Assembly (NCBI GenBank): GCA_964458565.1 | Contig: CAYWJO010000058.1 | Coordinates: 1-18,804, forward strand | Length of the DNA stretch: 18,804 bases | Direction of reading: 5' to 3' | Source: an uncultured archaeon | Lineage (GTDB): Archaea > Asgardarchaeota > Thorarchaeia > Thorarchaeales > Thorarchaeaceae | Notes under the pieces: generated by a model | What the model saw: the letters and a program-made list of their open reading frames with translations, nothing else | What the model was told of the DNA's origin: nothing | Databases searched by the model: none | Shown here: one piece after another, positions 16,501-18,804 of the stretch | How positions within the stretch are numbered: position 1 is the stretch's first letter | Layout of the letters: each line of letters begins with the position of its first letter | Made by a program: the position numbers and the translations under genes

Positions 16501-16666
16501 TTGAGATTGTCCCTGTAACGGGCAAAGAGGATAGGGAGATAAGAATGATGATAACGAGCCCTAGCAGTGTTTTATTTGATATCTTGGTTATGGCACCAAT
16601 AGAACGCAATAGCATCATGCACATCATGAAACACAATCCAGAAAGAGTTTTCCCTGCATTGGTCAT
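13514..16666 (-). CDS. Surface-anchored aryl-sulfate sulfotransferase (ASST) family beta-propeller + ~5 Ig-like repeats + galactose-binding-like jelly-roll + C-terminal TM
   Basis: ASST motifs HHE (16159-16151), HSNS (15946-15935), YNSRNTNTFFKID..SGEILWGLG, FYHAH (H at 15763), IFDN, SRILEI.ID, YSPGWGDADRLPNG, YRSERF. Repeats of P.I..P.D.....I.W....P..Y.I..DG....G.W. C-terminal ILVIAIPSVILVVITIIYV-NRRRKN. Start uncertain: ATGs at 16666, 16627, 16624, 16618, 16615. Confidence 0.85.
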   Translation of the reverse strand: MTNAGKTLSGLCFMMCMMLLRSIGAITKISNKTLLGLVIIILISLSSLPVTGTISNIKKIPTSPNPLPINENAKIADTNDSYFSVTRTGNEFEGYNLFVLGKKSDIHNNTLIITDMDGNIIKERWIGELFTYDSMAKFINPNTILVGTDVGPAFWNLANDSFEQIAFKGHHEYEYNPLANTVFTFNRTLEYFNDIPYLYDIIYEGDSDGHVIWSLNTSTFIPPEWWCPFYDIELGQPDVTHSNSIFFDVDDDIIYYNSRNTNTFFKIDHSSGEILWGLGEHGNFTLFDKNGLQKESLFYHAHSVERVDENTFIIFDNDLHNQEDADSHNSRILEITIDEDTMTAYESWSWTAPPEYYSPGWGDADRLPNGDRLGTFGYGHTTSVGITAGIIEVDTYGNVVWKLDFLQASDGTYGTYRSERFTMTPTINSPKDMFALSGTEVVIPWEGWYNYRTKQYLPGSYQMYIDDVMMDSGAFDFEKYWRPTNLTFNIGSLADGFHNATLLISNDFGQSISDTVMVEVGPFHIEYSGPMSIEKGQPNSTIIWSGLTVAPLSFTLTLNGSVTQSGLWSGDDINLDLNLLSLGVYNVTFILLNNSEILYGDFFWATVYPAVPPIISTAFTDTQLIWNQSITLRWNIFDRSPRFWEILIDGTQASTEIWINQNETVLWDLPILLEGVHNVTFLAYDRVDMYSTKTILITVLPPDIPIIAATPTPTIIEWGTENTVFEWEVHGASEWEIWKNDNLFAEGIVSAVIISIAVDEWITPEWAPGEYNLTLFVNDVEENTDIAVTIINIVLDMGDPYADELISSRSIWYSDGENAIGSPDGNTTTIFTEYGNGYVTLDMGEGEEIINGAGNDFQVIAAGGSYAVRVANALNVPLHQLGIFNGNASIDLEGMFLDTVRYVRIDYFEGNFIELDAIIANYYNIPTRIADPPFIVGPDDFTLQLNTEIIINWTGFDIAPWNYEIRVNDTSMQSGLWNGSDIHYSFISNSIGNYSVTLRLTDIFMQQSSDTVVVTVIGSPTSISDILVIAIPSVILVVITIIYVNRRRKN

Positions 16667-16667
16667 A

Positions 16668-16682
16668 ATAAACTGAGTTTAT
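16668..16682. promoter_or_regulatory. Candidate operator overlapping a TATA-like box: perfect palindrome ATAAACT-G-AGTTTAT
   Basis: 15-bp palindrome in the 38-nt gap upstream of the ASST gene. It overlaps TATAAA on the - strand (16683-16678). Confidence 0.4.
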
Positions 16683-16704
16683 ATTCCTTATTTATTAGAT
16701 CAAT

Positions 16705-17487
16705 CTAGAACTTCTCCTTCTCTGCAATCATACCTAAAGCATAAGCAACAGCAGACTTAACATAGGTGTCTTCGTCATTGAGGTGTTTTTTCAGGGCTGG
16801 AATTGCACTCACATCTCCGATTTGTCCAAGAGCCTGTGCAGCCTGCCATCTGACATTTCTGTTTTCATCATCTAACGCAATTATCAAATGCGATAATCCT
16901 CTTGAATCACCAATCATTCCCAGAACCTTAGCTGCATTTTTTCTATCTGTCCAAGACTTCCGACTCAAAGCATGAATTAGAACCTCAAGAGCGACCTCCT
17001 GAATTTTCATCAATGAATGAGTTGCTTCTATTCGTACTTGATCGTTTTCATCTTTCAATGATTCAAGTAACAACTCTGCTGATTGCCGATCATCAACACT
17101 TCCCAGATCTATAATAGCCCTAGCTCGGACTGATGAATCCTTACTCTCTAAGTTTTCTGATAGACCATCTGTTTCTCCAGATTGTTCTATTTTTCCAACT
17201 GCCCACGCTGCAGCTGATTTTACGAATTTATCGGGATCATTCAAAGCTCTAACTAGTAACGGAATACTCCGAGAATCACCTATTTGACCAAGGGAAGATG
17301 CAGCACATCTTCTGATTATTGGGTCCTCATCCTGCAATACTTCGCCTAATGCTCCAATTGCTAAAGCATCACCTATACGACCAAGCGCTTCAACAGCTTG
17401 TTTTTTCATATCTATATCATCTGAGGATAGAATCGAGATTAGACTTACAATATCTCTATTCATTTCTAACTCAGTAACAGATGACAT
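16705..17487 (-). CDS. HEAT-repeat (PBS lyase HEAT-like / HEAT_2) protein, 8 repeats of ~31 aa
   Basis: Consensus AI..L...L.D.D..VR..AA.ALG.IGD repeated 8 times across the whole protein. GAGGT RBS at 17498-17494. Confidence 0.92.
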   Translation of the reverse strand: MSSVTELEMNRDIVSLISILSSDDIDMKKQAVEALGRIGDALAIGALGEVLQDEDPIIRRCAASSLGQIGDSRSIPLLVRALNDPDKFVKSAAAWAVGKIEQSGETDGLSENLESKDSSVRARAIIDLGSVDDRQSAELLLESLKDENDQVRIEATHSLMKIQEVALEVLIHALSRKSWTDRKNAAKVLGMIGDSRGLSHLIIALDDENRNVRWQAAQALGQIGDVSAIPALKKHLNDEDTYVKSAVAYALGMIAEKEKF

Positions 17488-17575
17488 GTGCGTACCTCTA
17501 ATATTATCAAATGTTTTCTTGTGTTTTTGGTCTTTCTATGATGGATAAAATCAAACTATCTCAGCTGACATGAAC

Positions 17576-17614
17576 TTGGCAGGGATTTCTCATAATCCTG
17601 CCAATGATTTTTTT
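17576..17614 (+). terminator. Terminator-like hairpin plus T7 tract in a divergent intergenic region
   Basis: TTGGCAG(G)GATT-tctcat-AATCCTGCCAA (17576-17604), followed by tga and TTTTTTT (17608-17614). Confidence 0.35.
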
Positions 17615-17787
17615 CATATTACAGTAAATCTGTTCACTGAGTAAGAAAAATGATTTGAGTTTTTCAATTTGGTGAAATCAAATAATTTTGAATAATAACG
17701 ATATCATCCTTTTTCTTTGATACAGGCAATTTACTGCGTTTTTCCAAATCCAGATATACTTGGTATTTGATAAAAGTTTGATATAAT

Positions 17788-18804
17788 ATGCAAGATTTCT
17801 TTGTCATCTCGAAACTAAGAACGGTATTTTCACTACTCATCATGGTGATAATACTGTCCTCCCTGATTCCAGTAAATCATGGGAGTATTATTTCAACAGA
17901 GAACGTAGTAGATAGATCGTCTAATCATATCAAAGAATCCTCATCAGATTACTGGCCTACAAATGGCTGGCTAAACGCAACACCTGAAGAACATGGTATG
18001 GACTCAACCACATTTCAAGAGATTCTTGATTATGTTGAGACTGAGAATCTACCCATAGAGTTCTTAATCGTAATCAAGGATGGTTACCTCATCTTTCAGC
18101 ATTATTTCCATTGGCTCTTTGAGCCGAATAAGAGAGAGCCTCTGTGGTCAGGAACTAGAGGAATCGTTGGTATGCTATTTGGTATGGCTCTGGATCAGGG
18201 TCTGATCAAAAACGTGACACATCCTGTTGTTGACTTCTTTCCAGACTGCAATATTGCCAATATGACTCCTTGGAAAGAGAGTATCACAATAGAGAACCTA
18301 CTTACAATGACAAGTGGCTTTGAGTGGGACGAGATAACCCTTTCCTATGATACACCAGGCAACTCCCTCAATGAGATGTTAATTACTGATAATTGGGCAG
18401 AATATGTCCTGAACCGCACTGTGATTCACGAACCTGGCAGTCAATGGAACTACTGTGGCGGAGAGTCGCATCTCCTATCCTGTATCTTCACAAAGGAAAC
18501 TGGAATGAGTATGTACGATTTTGCTATTACGAACCTATTCACTCCACTGAACATCACTAATACTTCATGGTCATCTGAAGATTATGGATTAACTAATGGT
18601 GCTTCAGGTCTAAGAATTACGCCTCATGACTTAGCAAAATTTGGTTATTTGATACTGAATAACGGCACGTGGGACTCTACTCAAGTAATATCAAATGAGT
18701 GGATTCAGAATGCCACATCATCGAAAAAATTGGTCACAGAAGAGCTCTCATATGGCTTTGAAACTTATTATTTTTTTTTTTTTTTGCTCTTTACTTTCTC
18801 GTGC
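17788..18804 (+). CDS. 3'-truncated secreted serine hydrolase, class C beta-lactamase / 6-aminohexanoate-dimer hydrolase-like family (not in the ORF track because there is no stop in the window)
   Basis: My translation from ATG 17788 is open to the window end: MQDFFVISKLRTVFSLLIMVIILSSLIP...YWPTNGWLNATPEEHGMD...LIVIKDGYLIFQHY...WSGTRGIVGMLFGMALDQGLI...ITIENLLTMTSGFEW...EPGSQWNYCGG..HLLS...LFTPLNI...GASGLRITPHDLAKFGYLILNNGTW..QVISNEWI. These are family hallmarks. Confidence 0.9.
   Translation, partial: MQDFFVISKLRTVFSLLIMVIILSSLIPVNHGSIISTENVVDRSSNHIKESSSDYWPTNGWLNATPEEHGMDSTTFQEILDYVETENLPIEFLIVIKDGYLIFQHYFHWLFEPNKREPLWSGTRGIVGMLFGMALDQGLIKNVTHPVVDFFPDCNIANMTPWKESITIENLLTMTSGFEWDEITLSYDTPGNSLNEMLITDNWAEYVLNRTVIHEPGSQWNYCGGESHLLSCIFTKETGMSMYDFAITNLFTPLNITNTSWSSEDYGLTNGASGLRITPHDLAKFGYLILNNGTWDSTQVISNEWIQNATSSKKLVTEELSYGFETYYFFFFLLFTFSC
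18771..18785 (+). repeat. T15 homopolymer near the window end
   Basis: 15 consecutive T inside the open frame, where similarity to the hydrolase family appears to stop. Confidence 0.9.

Noticed and set aside
14277-16975. ORFs 14277, 15640, 16164, 16434, 16766
   Set aside because: Shadows of the ASST and HEAT genes.
16705-17487. Phycobiliprotein lyase or deoxyhypusine hydroxylase
   Set aside because: Only generic HEAT repeats, with no His-Glu iron motifs and no phycobilisome context.
17788-18804. Antibiotic-resistance AmpC beta-lactamase
   Set aside because: Motifs (SxxR, YCG, WPTxGW, LLTMTSG) fit the broad esterase/amidase branch, not true AmpC with SxxK and YxN.

Overview
AT-rich prokaryotic DNA, most consistent with an archaeon of the Asgard group (Thorarchaeia-like). 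This is an inference from protein architecture: large N-glycosylation-sequon-rich single-pass surface proteins, a cytoplasmic longin-like tail, a tandem-duplicated Lrp/AsnC-type regulator, and TTG starts with GGAGG/GAGGT RBS. I count 12 likely CDS, two cut by the window edges. In order: a 5'-truncated LanC-like/alpha-alpha-toroid surface protein; a GPH-family MFS transporter; a membrane-anchored Ig + EEP phosphoesterase; a 1571-aa LamG/Ig receptor-like protein with a longin-like cytoplasmic domain; a plus-strand run of a FYVE-like 8-Cys zinc finger, an OB-fold + 2TM protein, an orphan OppD/DppD-type ABC ATPase and a thioredoxin-like protein; a double Lrp/AsnC regulator; a surface-anchored aryl-sulfate sulfotransferase; a HEAT-repeat protein; and a 3'-truncated class C beta-lactamase-like serine hydrolase that is missing from the ORF track. 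I found no rRNA, tRNA, CRISPR array or mobile element. The best candidates for new biology are the receptor-like longin protein divergently paired with a FYVE-like finger, the permease-less ABC ATPase coupled to an OB-fold membrane protein, and several enzyme folds with altered catalytic motifs. All family calls come from motif recognition by eye; no searches were run.
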